Shown here piece by piece: positions 19,067 through 28,896 of a DNA stretch of 64,000 nucleotides. A program made the position numbers and the translations under genes. Position 1 is the first letter of the stretch; every line of letters starts with the position of its first letter. The notes under the pieces are model-generated. The model was not told where the DNA came from. It ran no database searches and was given only the letters and a program-made list of their open reading frames with translations. This stretch comes from an uncultured virus (IMG/VR IMGVR_UViG_2643221868_000001) (Duplodnaviria; Heunggongvirae; Uroviricota; Caudoviricetes), in IMG/VR virus record IMGVR_UViG_2643221868_000001, positions 23,769 through 87,768 of that record; one strand, given 5' to 3'.

Positions 19067-21367
19067 TCAGTCAGCGGCGATCTCGCCGACCTCGATGAAG
19101 GTCCGGTCCATCGCCTTGTCGTCCTTGCCGGTGACGGCGACAAACATGCCGGTCTTGATCCAGACGGCGAGCATTCCCTTGATCCTCGCCCGGTCGGCCT
19201 TGTTCTCCGGGTCGAGGCCCAGCGCATAGGCGATCGGTTTGCCGATCCAGTCTCGAGCCTGCGAGTTCTCACGCCACCGGCCATCCCTGGTCGCGGCCTG
19301 CGCTTTTCTGAGGTCCGCGACCGACACGCCGTCCATCGGGTTCGGTGGCTTCCATTCCGTCACCACGCCGATGCTATCGCCGTCGAGGGCGAGGGTGCCG
19401 AGGCTCCCGCCATTGCCGAGCGGAACCGATTCCATCTTGAACCATGCCGACCCCTCGGACGGCGGCGGCGCGAGGTTCGCCTTGCCATTGTCCACCCGGA
19501 AGTGAAGCCTCCGATCCGGGATGCCCTATTTTTCGGCCTCGTCCTTTTGCATCCCATTGAGGGTCCGGGCCGAACGGACTGCCGCGAGCAGCGCCACAGC
19601 GCCGCGTGCATCCTCAATCGTGATCTCGGCCCCGCCGGTCTTGCGCGAGTGATGGACGAGCTCGACGCTGCATCCGGTCTCCCCTGCGAGCCGGCCCCAT
19701 AGCTTCGCCACCCGATCCACGGCGTTGTTGTCGTTCTCCGTCACCTCATGGCAGGACACGAAGGGGTCCACGAACACCACGTCGATCTGGTTCGCCAAGA
19801 TCGTCGCCTTCAGCGCATCCACCACAGGCACGGCTATCACCACGTCGCCGCGATGCATCTTGGCTATCGTGATGGGGTCGTCTCTGCCCGAATTGACGAA
19901 CAGGCGCCCTTCGATCTCCGTCCGGTCGATCTCGAAATGTAGGCAGGCCGCTAGAATGCGCTTCTGCATCTCCTCAATCGGGTCTTCGCCGTTCCAGATC
20001 ATCACCCGATGCCGGCCGTGCGGCTGGTGCCCGATGAGGTTCCGGCCGGTCACGAGGGCAAGCGCGTCCACGATGATGATGGACGATTTGCCGAGGCCGC
20101 CGGGCGAGATGGTGGCGCTGGTATAGTGGCGGATGAGATGCCGGCCGAGCAACCATTCCCGCTGCGGCAGGGTGCGCGGGTCCACCCATACGAACGGCCG
20201 GGCCTGGAAGGCGGGCGGCGGCGGTTCGGCCTGGTGCTCCGGCTCCGGCGATGGACCCCGATCCGCGGTGCCCTGGTGGTCGCCATCCTCCCGCTTGCCG
20301 CCTCGCCATCCGATGTCCTCGGGACGCAGGCCCAGGCGGTCGCATAGCCAGAACGCGGCCTCGCGCGCATCCCGCGCCGGCAGGTAGTCTTGCACGATGT
20401 CGATGGGAGACCGGCCGCCGTCCATCGCGTCGCCCATGTCGGCCACGCCAAAATCCTTGATCCCGTCCGGGTGGATCGAAAGGTCTTCCTCGTAAGTCTC
20501 GCCCAGGTCCTTTTGCTTGACGCGGTAGGCGCCGGTCCCGGACTGCCATTTCGCGGTCGGGAACATGCTCTGGACCCAGGCGTGAAGGTTGCTGAGAGCG
20601 CGGTCGTTCACTGTCCTCCAGAAGTCGCCGCCGCCGGTATCGTGACGGGCTCGCGCGGATGCCGCGGCCCGCTCGCTGATGGACGGTCCCATGCCCGCCT
20701 CGGCCCGCTTCTCAGCTTTCTTGCGGTCCATCTCGCGGGCCAGCTCGGCGGCGGCTCGCTGCGCCTCGCGGAATTGGTCGGCCCGTTCCTGAAGGTAGGC
20801 GACGAGGCGCGGGGCCTCGCGGATCTCCGTCGGCGTGCCGGGCACATGCCGGCCGGTCACGGTGAGGTATCGGCCTTCGGTGTAGATTTCGACCTGCGCA
20901 GCGTCGATCTTTCGACCGTCTACTAGGCCACGCACGAAGAACCGGAGACCCCGGCCGGATGGACTGATCTCGGTATAGGTCTCGGCGAAGTCTACCGCGA
21001 CTTGCGCCCATGCCTGTAGCTTGCCGGTCTCCGGGTCGCGGCACTTGTCGAGGTCGATCCCGCTGTCCTCGATGTCGGGCGTGAGGACGTAGCCGATGCC
21101 GGGAAGGTTCTCGCGCTTGGCGCGGGCCACGGCCTGCTCATAGGTCGCCCAGGTCGCCGGGTCCGTCGAGGAGCCGTGCTGTCCGGTGTGCGGGTTAAGC
21201 GGCGGCTTGTCCCATTTGCCGACGCCCTGCCGGTTCACCTTCCATTCGTAGTTCCAGGCAAGCCAGTGCGGCCGCTCCCGCATCTCGCGGATGGCGGGCA
21301 GGTCCGGCAGGCCATTGAACGGCGGATAGGACGGCTTGGGCGGGCGCTCCATATTGGTGGTGCTCAC
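19067..21367 (-). pseudogene. Primase-helicase (N-terminal primase/polymerase + RepA/AAA_25 helicase) interrupted by an in-frame TAG at 19526-19528
   Basis: GIDLDKC, TEISPSGRGLR, Walker A SPGGLGKS, VFVDP, LVHHSRK; reading continues in frame after the stop (EAEK*GIPDRRLHFRVDNGKANLAPP). Confidence 0.85.
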
Positions 21368-21732
21368 ATGGCCCCCGCTTTTTTCAGTGCGCTTACAAGG
21401 CGGGCGGTGAGGTCGCGTGTGCCCTGCCCCTCCACCTCGCGATAAATCTGCGCGGCGACGGCCTCGGAAACGTCAGTATCGCAGAGCTCTGGCGCCTGGA
21501 CGTAGACGCGGACACGGACGCCCTCGGCGACTTGACGGATTGCGGTGAACCATCGGAAGCCGGGCATCGGAGCGTCGAGCATAGATCCTGAGCGCGTGAC
21601 CTGCGCCATCTCGGCCTGCGAGGTATGGCGGACGCGGTGTGACCGATCGGGATGGCGAACGAAGAACCGGCGGTCGGCCTCGGTAACAGCCTCGAAGTCG
21701 ACCGGGACGACGGGCATCTTACGGCGGCCCAT
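21364..21732 (-). CDS. Hypothetical protein upstream of the primase
   Basis: Stop codon overlaps the primase start. Confidence 0.65.
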   Translation of the reverse strand: MGRRKMPVVPVDFEAVTEADRRFFVRHPDRSHRVRHTSQAEMAQVTRSGSMLDAPMPGFRWFTAIRQVAEGVRVRVYVQAPELCDTDVSEAVAAQIYREVEGQGTRDLTARLVSALKKAGAM

Positions 21733-21870
21733 CAGACAGACCGTCCGTGCGAAAGCGCGGCGGCGAGCGCGCTGCGCCCGGCCCCGTTGAACGAGACGTG
21801 CATGGGATTATCCTTGTGCCCGCGCACTGGCGGCTGCTACCGGAAGTTAGGCAGTTGCTGCCGGGGAGGA

Positions 21871-22308
21871 ATGTCAGAAATGTCTAAGACAGAGCCGTTC
21901 GCAAGCTTCGCTAAAGTTCTGGAGAAGCATAAGGGCGTGCCGGAAGGTCGGACGGTGTTGTCTGTAAGAAAGGAACTAACAGAACGTTATTTTTGGCTAT
22001 TCCAAGGAATTGAGAATTACGATGCTGCATTGAAGCACCAGGATAATACACTGGAGCTTAAAGTCGCTACGTTTAACGCTAATCGCGAAAACAACCTGGG
22101 AACGTTGACAATCAAACTTAAAACCGGCGGCGCAGCTCAACAGTATATCCTTGATCTGCGTTATGATAAGATACGTGTAGTGCAAGGGCAGCATCTTATG
22201 AGCGGAAACTCCCGCCAAGGGACATATGCCGCTGATGATGACGATGTGTTTCTTATCGCTCTAGGCAATCAGATACTTTCTGATCTTGGGGTCATCAACC
22301 ACATCTGA
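21871..22308 (+). CDS. Low-GC hypothetical cargo protein
   Basis: GGAGG RBS; AT-rich; inverted relative to core genes. Confidence 0.6.
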   Translation: MSEMSKTEPFASFAKVLEKHKGVPEGRTVLSVRKELTERYFWLFQGIENYDAALKHQDNTLELKVATFNANRENNLGTLTIKLKTGGAAQQYILDLRYDKIRVVQGQHLMSGNSRQGTYAADDDDVFLIALGNQILSDLGVINHI

Positions 22309-22499
22309 TTTCGTGATCCTGGCGCATAGTGCCGGGCCAGGATCGCGGCCCGCGCGTCGATGAGGGCCGCGTGAGAGCCGAATCGGGTGCCATCCTGCAT
22401 CCGAGCGGCCCAGCCTTTCGGCGTCTGGTAGGCATGGCCCACGACGATCTCGCCGGCATAGATCGGGACGTGAGGCGAGTCAGGTTTGGTCGCTGCCAC
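22269..22499 (-). CDS. Conserved satellite small protein
   Basis: Homologous to 37659-37892 (VP.YAG..VVG.A...WA.RM.DGTR.G.H..L..A..AILARH). Confidence 0.7.
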   Translation of the reverse strand: MAATKPDSPHVPIYAGEIVVGHAYQTPKGWAARMQDGTRFGSHAALIDARAAILARHYAPGSRNQMWLMTPRSESI

Positions 22500-22707
22500 C
22501 GGCCTGTGCCTCGCGGGTCTTAAGCCACGTCCGGAGGGTCGCGCGTCGAGCGCACTGCTTCCCATTAAGACGGAACGCCGGAAGTCCTTCCTGTCGGATC
22601 AGGCCATAGGTCTGCCAGTATGACAGCCCCAGGAAACTGGCGATTGCCTTGACCCCGTGAAGGAGGTCGGCGCCGCCATCGCTGCTATCGTTCATGAGGG
22701 CATCCAT
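22480..22707 (-). CDS. AlpA/excisionase-like HTH protein, element B
   Basis: DLLHGVKAIASFLG...LPAFRLNGKQCARRATL pattern; at the element end opposite the integrase. Confidence 0.8.
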   Translation of the reverse strand: MDALMNDSSDGGADLLHGVKAIASFLGLSYWQTYGLIRQEGLPAFRLNGKQCARRATLRTWLKTREAQAGGSDQT

Positions 22708-22868
22708 GGGCAGTTTATGGGTGACGCATGCGCCGCGTTCCCAGGCAAATGGCGCAAAAGTTACGCAAAATCAGGCAATTAGCGGAAACGCACCCTACAA
22801 TAGACAAATCCGCCCATTAGGCGGCTAAGTCATTATAAATACAGCGATTATCGTTCCCCGCTGTAATC

Positions 22869-22882
22869 GTGATCATGTTCTT
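22869..22882 (+). repeat. att core of element B, xis-proximal copy
   Basis: GTGATCATGTTCTT, identical to 7006-7019; IHF-like AATCAGGCAATTA at 22769-22781 and ATGGG repeats at 22706 and 22717. Confidence 0.93.
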
Positions 22883-23101
22883 GACGAAGTCGTCTTCGTT
22901 CTCGGTGGAGAGCAGAACCTCAATCGCCATGCGGTCGAAGAGCTGCGCGCCGAGCCGGAAGGCGCCGACGAGGAACTGGTTCACGGTCATCGCCAGCGTG
23001 GTGGCGACCGGCAGGCCCCAGAGACGCGGGGCGAGATTGCCCTGCGGCGAGCCGATGATGTACCGGCCCTGGGTGTCCTTGGTGAGCTCGATGCGGGCCC
23101 A
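22869..23101 (-). CDS. Helper major capsid protein, middle fragment (piece 2 of 3)
   Basis: WARIELTKDTQGRYIIGSPQGNLAPRLWGLPV...DDFVKNMIT continues piece 1 and joins piece 3 in frame. Confidence 0.95.
23094..23101 (+). repeat. att core of element A, integrase-proximal copy (CGGGCCCA)
   Basis: Identical to 38275-38282; located exactly where MCP homology breaks. Confidence 0.88.
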
Positions 23102-23119
23102 ATCAAACAGGCCCTGTCT

Positions 23120-23159
23120 TATCAATGACTTAGCGGGCTATGCGCAAACCATGCGTAAA
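23120..23159 (+). promoter_or_regulatory. IHF-like site (TATCAATGACTTA) and arm-type repeats (ATGCGYAAA x2) of element A
   Basis: Perfect WATCAANNNNTTR at 23120-23132; repeats at 23140 and 23151 recur at 38100-38152. Confidence 0.72.
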
Positions 23160-23168
23160 CGAGGCAGG

Positions 23169-24368
23169 CTAGATCGCGGCTGCAAGTGTCGGGCCTTCAA
23201 TCCGGGGAGGCATGAGAGACGCCGCGAGACGGTCGCCGGGCTCGGCTCTGGCCCGTCCGCTGAGGATCGGATGGGCGTAGACCTGCAACGTCACGTCGAA
23301 GTGACTGTGACCGACGAGGGCGGCAACGTCGGACGGACCAACGCCATTGTGCATCATCATCGAACAGTAGAAGTGCCGGAGCGCGTGGAAGTGCATTTGC
23401 TTCCCGCCCGGCACCTTGAGCGACACCCGATCCAGCAAGGGATACCAGATTTCGTTTCGGAAGTTGCCCGGCGACATAGGGGCGCCGGTCGAACTCGTCA
23501 GGATGAAGCCCATCTCGTTCGGGACGTACCAGTCGGCCATGATCTCGCGTAGGGCATCGACCACGGGCGGCGGCATCGGCACGTCGCGGATGCCCGCCTT
23601 CGTCTTCGGAGGCTTGAGCTTGTCGGTGTCAGTGAGGCTGTGCCGAACCTCGATGACGTTGCGTGTGAAGTCGACGTGCTGCCCCCGAAGCGCACGGATT
23701 TCGCCGAGACGCAGGCCACAAAGCGAAGCCAGATAGACGAAGGCGCGAGTGAGATGGAAGCTGCGCTCGCGGAACCGGAACGGCCGATCCTGTACCGCCA
23801 CGAAAAGGCGCTTAACCTCGGCTTCCTGAAAGGTCTTGATCCGCACGCGCGGCAAAGAGCCGATCTGCCGGATGGCCCCCTGAGCCGGGTTGGCTTTGGC
23901 GTGGCCGTACCGCTGCGCATACTCAAACACGCATTTCAGGTCGATGAGCCGGGTGCGTGCCGTCTGAGGTGCGAGACCCTGTTTCCGCACCACCGTGTGA
24001 AACCACGTCTCAATTTCGGAGGGCGTCACGTCCGCGATGAGCTTCTGGCCAAGCAGCGGCTTTATGTTCCGATCGACCGCCTTTTTCAGGTTCTCGTATC
24101 GGCCTTGCCCGATGATGCCGTTCCGAACGCGGTCCTCTTGTAGGCGCATGAAAGCTTCGCAGACTTCATCAACAGTCTTCTTCTCGCTCTCGGCAAGGTG
24201 AGTGCCGTCCGCCGTCTCACGCTCCACCTTCTGGCGGTAGGCGTCGGCCTGCTTCTTCATCTTGAAGGTGCGGCTTCGGTGCTTCCCACCGTCCTTATAG
24301 CGAACCTCCCATCCCGATTTCTTCTCGCCTTTCGGGGTCGTCCACTCGCGCTTGTTGACGCTCGCCAT
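23169..24368 (-). CDS. int: Tyrosine integrase of element A
   Basis: GLRLGE, HALRH, LVGH and TLQVYAH motifs; homologous to, but diverged from, the element B integrase. Confidence 0.95.
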   Translation of the reverse strand: MASVNKREWTTPKGEKKSGWEVRYKDGGKHRSRTFKMKKQADAYRQKVERETADGTHLAESEKKTVDEVCEAFMRLQEDRVRNGIIGQGRYENLKKAVDRNIKPLLGQKLIADVTPSEIETWFHTVVRKQGLAPQTARTRLIDLKCVFEYAQRYGHAKANPAQGAIRQIGSLPRVRIKTFQEAEVKRLFVAVQDRPFRFRERSFHLTRAFVYLASLCGLRLGEIRALRGQHVDFTRNVIEVRHSLTDTDKLKPPKTKAGIRDVPMPPPVVDALREIMADWYVPNEMGFILTSSTGAPMSPGNFRNEIWYPLLDRVSLKVPGGKQMHFHALRHFYCSMMMHNGVGPSDVAALVGHSHFDVTLQVYAHPILSGRARAEPGDRLAASLMPPRIEGPTLAAAI

Positions 24369-24369
24369 G

Positions 24370-24963
24370 TCAAAGGTCTCCTCGGGTCGAAGGGGAAGCG
24401 CCGTGCGTCACGGCGGTATAGGTGAAGTCCATTGCCGTCTGTCGTCCCGTGGCCCGCATCTCAGGGACGATAGGCAGGCCGAGGGCGAACCAGAGAGAGC
24501 CGGCGGCGCGGGCTCCGAAGGTCTGCCGGGCCTCGGTCACAAGCTGGCGCTTGACCGGCACCGTCTCCTCGCGGGCGGGGTCGAAGGGCAAGGTATCCGT
24601 GTGACGCGGATGCCTTTCCGGCGCGAAGAAATGCCGGAACAGCACGTCGTGGCACTCTCGCTGATAGGTCAGCACCAGGGCGCGGCTTTCGGCTTTCACC
24701 TGATTAGCGCCGATCCCGAAGAGCCAGCCCGGCAGGAGAGAGAGCGGCAGGGTTGCGGTCTCTTGAGCGCCGCCCGGCGAAGGTATGGTCATAATGGCCA
24801 TACCTTCAGCCAAAATGGCGTCCCGCTTCGTCCGCCGTAGCTGCGCGGCCCAGTCGAGGCCGAGCCGGTCGGTGATGGGCTTGAGCGCGACGCGGACGGC
24901 GCCGGCTTCCTCAATGGCGAACAGGGTGTCGCCGTGAAACTCGATAGTCGTCAGCTTGGACAT
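24370..24963 (-). CDS. Phage antirepressor (P22 Ant N-terminal-domain-like)
   Basis: IEFHGDTL...VALKPITDRLGLDWAAQLRR...GWLFGI...YQRECHDVLFRHF pattern. Confidence 0.8.
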   Translation of the reverse strand: MSKLTTIEFHGDTLFAIEEAGAVRVALKPITDRLGLDWAAQLRRTKRDAILAEGMAIMTIPSPGGAQETATLPLSLLPGWLFGIGANQVKAESRALVLTYQRECHDVLFRHFFAPERHPRHTDTLPFDPAREETVPVKRQLVTEARQTFGARAAGSLWFALGLPIVPEMRATGRQTAMDFTYTAVTHGASPSTRGDL

Positions 24964-25134
24964 GGGGGTGATCCTCACGGGTTGCGGCTCCATCATAGAG
25001 GCGCAGGCGCCGCCCTCCGGGATTGGAGAGCGGCGTTCGTGAGGCCCGGCCGGGCTCGGTAGACCGACGCAAAACTGCGTTCGTGCTGCGGCCTCAGTTC
25101 TGAGGCGACCGTGCGAGCGGCCGGGCCGGGGGTG

Positions 25135-25362
25135 CTAGAGCGGCAATCTCGCCAAGTCGGCGGCGTAATCCCACTTCGCCTGAAGTCTGCGATGAAGGTC
25201 GCTCACCGCGTCAGCTATCGGAGCAAGGGCTTCCGGGCTGTAGGAAGTGCCGCAGGTTCCAAGCGCGTGGAAAACCTGAGACCACCGCCACACGTCTGCG
25301 ATGTCGTTTTCCATGTCGCTGAAAGCGCACCAGATGGCGCTCGGGTGGGGCTGGTCCGCCAT
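25135..25362 (-). CDS. Small hypothetical protein
   Basis: ATG at 25362 overlaps the upstream stop codon. Confidence 0.5.
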   Translation of the reverse strand: MADQPHPSAIWCAFSDMENDIADVWRWSQVFHALGTCGTSYSPEALAPIADAVSDLHRRLQAKWDYAADLARLPL

Positions 25363-25730
25363 CAGAAGCCCCTCCATCCGCATCCAACCGTGCTCAGAAC
25401 GAGAGCGGCGCGGGTCGAGGCCGGGGGCTCGCTGTTCCCGTGAAAGCGAGCGCCATCGTTTGCTGCCGGGATCATGTCGAACTGATCCCAGCCCGCCATT
25501 TCGTCCCGAAACGGGAGGGAAAGGCGCTGGATCGTGTCGCGGTTGCCGTACCGCTCCCACTGTAGCCAGCGACGCTCGTATTCGAGCCATGCGTCGTAGC
25601 TGTCGAGGAGGTCAGGGGTGAGCGGTGCGGCCACCGCCGAGGGCGAGCCGATAAGCGCCACGCTGCCGCCGATGAGCGGGAGCGAGGCGAGGCCGGAGAG
25701 GAAGCCCCGGCGGGATGCGGGGCCGCTCAT
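25362..25730 (-). CDS. Hypothetical protein with twin-arginine-like N-terminus
   Basis: SRRGFLSGLASLPLIGG; translationally coupled on both sides. Confidence 0.65.
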   Translation of the reverse strand: MSGPASRRGFLSGLASLPLIGGSVALIGSPSAVAAPLTPDLLDSYDAWLEYERRWLQWERYGNRDTIQRLSLPFRDEMAGWDQFDMIPAANDGARFHGNSEPPASTRAALVLSTVGCGWRGF

Positions 25731-26257
25731 GCCGTGAGTCCAGTCTGCTCGGCGAGACCATCGGCGTCACCGATGCCCCATTCCGCCATGTCGAGCTCGC
25801 GGTCGTCGTCGGCCTCTTGATCGTGACTCTCCTCGTCGTCCTCATGACCGGACCGCTTAAAACCCGCTCCAGCCCGCTCCAGCGCAGTCGCGTCGCCGTC
25901 CGGCGTGTTGGGGCCGAGGCCGAGTTGTCTCGCGTTCTCGCACCAGCCTAGCGCATCCTCGCCGCCCTGGTCGTCGGAGTTAGCGTCTTCGTCGGGCTCG
26001 ACGTCCCCGTCGTCCTCAAGATCGGGGTCGCCGCCGGTCGCGTCGAGGAAGTCGATCCCCTCGGCGACGGCCTTCGCCACGCGACGACGAAGGGCGAGGA
26101 GGTCGGCGGCTTCCTGCCGGCGCATCTCAGCTTCGCGGATCTCCCACGACGGCATCTCATTCGGGCGCAGGCCGCGAATGGCGCGGGTCACAGGTCCGAC
26201 CGTAGGCGCAGCCGGCAGCGGGGCGAAGAACGCCCGGCGCATATTTTGAAACGACAT
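25727..26257 (-). CDS. Acidic hypothetical protein following the immunity region
   Basis: MSFQ start shared with 8583; IDFLDATGGDPDLE followed by an Asp/Glu-rich tail. Confidence 0.7.
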   Translation of the reverse strand: MSFQNMRRAFFAPLPAAPTVGPVTRAIRGLRPNEMPSWEIREAEMRRQEAADLLALRRRVAKAVAEGIDFLDATGGDPDLEDDGDVEPDEDANSDDQGGEDALGWCENARQLGLGPNTPDGDATALERAGAGFKRSGHEDDEESHDQEADDDRELDMAEWGIGDADGLAEQTGLTA

Positions 26258-26259
26258 GG

Positions 26260-26610
26260 TGAATGGTCTTTCGCAGCTAAACAGGCTTCTCAGGGCCTGG
26301 GTCTTCAACCTTCTCAGGGGCATCCGACCAAACCAGTCAGCGGGACTGGCGCCGGGAGTCTGAGAACACGCTGCGAAACGTGCGCCACGGCCTTCACCCG
26401 AAGGCTCTTGTATAACCGTGGCACTCCCGGCATAGTGAGCCGGTCGCGACCCACGGTATCGGGCGCGTCGAAGATTTCGGCGACACTCCGGCCGGCAAGC
26501 CGCAGCACACGCCTATCGCAGATGGAATGCTATCCCCGGCAAGGGACCATTCCGAGAGTTCTCAGGCTCCATATTCACCATGACACGACAACCCCGCGCC
26601 CGGCAAGGCG
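26260..26610 (-). ncRNA. Putative c4/P4-CI-like antisense immunity RNA with target sites, element A
   Basis: Promoter-like TTGCCG-17-CATGGT on the - strand; 26558-26570 is complementary (12/13) to 26355-26367; homologous to 8585-8930. Confidence 0.55.
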
Positions 26611-26667
26611 GCGGGGGTTTCGTCGTGCACGTTTAGTAGAGGAGCTTGTTGCTCTGACGGAGTGCTC

Positions 26668-27123
26668 ATGTCTGACGAAACGCCGACGCCATCGCTGGCC
26701 GATGCCGCAAGAGCTCAAAGGTCGCGCGTGGATGAAGCGGCAGCTAAAAGACTAAGCGATGAGGCCGCTCGACAAGCCGCCTTGGACAAAGTTGCTCTCG
26801 CATGGAAGGACGTTTCGGATCGATTTTCTCGTATTGTATCGAATGTTAACGATGAACTCGAGGGTACCGGCGCTTCCGTCTCAATGGTGAAGTCCGAATT
26901 TGATAAAAGTAAAAGAGAAGCGTCCGCTAGGTTCACCCTGTCCAGAGAGTGGACTCCGCAAATTAAGTCCTTTCTTCAGTTGTTCTGCGATTACGATGGG
27001 GCAATAAAAATCACTAGTAGCAATTCTGCTATCAAAGCTCATATGGAGGGCTATGTTTCGAACTTGCCAATGTCTTATTATGATGGGTACGTTCGAAAGT
27101 TTCTAGCCTTAGAACTGAAATAG
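26668..27123 (+). CDS. Low-GC hypothetical cargo protein
   Basis: Occupies the same slot as 8971-9717 in element B; AT-rich. Confidence 0.65.
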   Translation: MSDETPTPSLADAARAQRSRVDEAAAKRLSDEAARQAALDKVALAWKDVSDRFSRIVSNVNDELEGTGASVSMVKSEFDKSKREASARFTLSREWTPQIKSFLQLFCDYDGAIKITSSNSAIKAHMEGYVSNLPMSYYDGYVRKFLALELK

Positions 27124-27274
27124 CTACGGCTTCTTGGTCGCCTTTTGGATGCGGCGGACTTACTCGACGAACATCGGCGGGATACGCCATAGAGATCCCG
27201 CCGCATGAAATAAATGCGCCTAGGGCGCAGAGATTGCCCTTGCCTCTTGTGCGCCCAGGGCGTACACACTCCCC

Positions 27275-27544
27275 ATGGATTTCGATTGGCACGATGAGAA
27301 GTCGGAGACGAACAAGGCCGAGCGCGGCTTTGGTTTCGACTTCGCCGCGCTGATCTTCCTCGGTCGGACACTCCTCAAGACCGATGACCGCCAGGATTAC
27401 GGCGAGGTTCGTGTGAACGCCCTCGGCGAGGTCGACGGCGATATCTACAATGTCACTTTCACGGATCGCGGCGACGTGCGTTGGATCATTTCCGCCCGCC
27501 GCGCCAATCGGAAGGAGCGCAAGCTATGGCACGCGTCAGCCTAG
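27275..27544 (+). CDS. brnT: BrnT-family toxin
   Basis: FDWHDEKSETN..ERGFGF...DYGEVR...WIISARRANRKER pattern. Confidence 0.9.
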   Translation: MDFDWHDEKSETNKAERGFGFDFAALIFLGRTLLKTDDRQDYGEVRVNALGEVDGDIYNVTFTDRGDVRWIISARRANRKERKLWHASA

Positions 27545-28005
27545 ACTACCTCAAGGCGAACCGGCCCCAGGTCGATCAAGCCAAAATGGACGCTACCACG
27601 GAAGCGGATATCCGCCGGCACATGGTCGAAGACGGCCACGAGCCGGACGCGGAACCCGTAGGCTATCGCGCCATGCCCTCGCCCGCCGATATCCGCGCAC
27701 GGCTCGGCCTCACACAGGTTGCCTTCGCGAATGCGCTAGGTGTGCCGGCGGCTACCCTTCGGAACTGGGAACAGGGACGAAAGCAGCCGGACCCGGCCGC
27801 TCGCTCGCTATTGACGATCTTCGACCGTGAACCCGAAGCGGCGATGCGGGCGTTGGGGTTCGAAACAAAGCCGCCCTCGTTTCATGATGTCCTCGCCGAG
27901 ATGGTCCGGGCAAGGAGTGTTGAGACTACGGTTGAGGATAAGGTCGGAATAGTGGTGGGTCAGTTGGAGGTACTTCTCGGGGTGCCGCCGGCCCACCACG
28001 AGTGA
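27526..28005 (+). CDS. XRE/HTH antitoxin with C-terminal extension
   Basis: IRARLGLTQVAFANALGVPAATLRNWEQGRKQP; overlaps the toxin stop codon. Confidence 0.8.
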   Translation: MARVSLDYLKANRPQVDQAKMDATTEADIRRHMVEDGHEPDAEPVGYRAMPSPADIRARLGLTQVAFANALGVPAATLRNWEQGRKQPDPAARSLLTIFDREPEAAMRALGFETKPPSFHDVLAEMVRARSVETTVEDKVGIVVGQLEVLLGVPPAHHE

Positions 28006-28181
28006 TCTCGACAACCGCACCCCGGCTGCTAACCCTGCCGGGGCCTACGGCTTCCCCGTCGCCTTCTGGATGCCCGGCGGGAATTGTCGTGCACGCTTGC
28101 CATCCTCTCGCGGCAATCCACATTGTGAGAGGGCGGCAGCGAGTAGCGCCAGCTTTGCTCTACTGAGGTCGGGAGGATATT

Positions 28182-28421
28182 TTGAGCGAACAATCGGTCG
28201 AGAGCTTGAAGCTTATCAGACAGTATTTCGTCGCCAAAAGGCGGGATTGCGCAAGAATAGCGGTGGCAGATCTAAAACAAGGTATCCTTGCTGGCCAAAT
28301 TAGTAAGGTTTTAGCGTATCAGAATGAAATCGAGACTATAGACAGAGCTATCGCTGATGAAGAGTCCGGTGAAAGCTCCCATCAGCCAGAAAGTATGAAA
28401 GGCCCTAGTAAGTCCCTCTAG
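28182..28421 (+). CDS. Small hypothetical cargo protein
   Basis: GGGAGG RBS before the TTG start. Confidence 0.5.
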   Translation: MSEQSVESLKLIRQYFVAKRRDCARIAVADLKQGILAGQISKVLAYQNEIETIDRAIADEESGESSHQPESMKGPSKSL

Positions 28422-28560
28422 CTGATGGGCTTCCCAATCTCGTTCGACCACACCCGCACGATGCGCGTGGTGATGCCGGCTCGGGTGAGGACAATCTACA
28501 AGCAGCAATGCCCTTACGAACCCGAGAATTCCTTATCCGAAAAATACATAGGAGGATTCG

Positions 28561-28770
28561 ATGGCATCGGAAAACCTGACCTTTTTGCAGACCCACGGCA
28601 ATCGGAATATCTACCGATTCGATCTCCCTTTGCCGACCGGTTCGGAGGTTTTCACGGAATATAGAGGGCGGACCTTTATTGTACGCGGTGATGGCTCACA
28701 TCTCGAGACCCCGCCGGTTGAGACTTTCGAAACTGAGGAAGCCGCGCTGAAGTGGCTACACGACGCCTAG
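28561..28770 (+). CDS. Small hypothetical cargo protein
   Basis: AGGAGG RBS before the ATG. Confidence 0.6.
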   Translation: MASENLTFLQTHGNRNIYRFDLPLPTGSEVFTEYRGRTFIVRGDGSHLETPPVETFETEEAALKWLHDA

Positions 28771-28896
28771 AATGGCTTAGGGTACTCAGGGCGGCGCGAG
28801 TATGCGCCACGACTGACCGTTGCCTTGACACCACAGACACCGGCTCGGGATTGCGGCATGAAAGTGCCGCAACTTTCTGATGCTCCGGATTTTCTG

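Larger units (their letters stand above)
7006..22882 (-). mobile_element. Satellite element B (~15.9 kb, PICI-like) integrated in the helper MCP gene
   Basis: Flanked by a 14-bp direct repeat; integrase at one end, AlpA/Xis at the other; carries primase-helicase, HNH, terS-like, protease and MCP genes. Confidence 0.93.

Noticed and set aside
22817-23125. 102-aa ORF as an independent gene
   Set aside because: It is the middle fragment of the helper MCP, with chance in-frame extensions from the flanking att arms.
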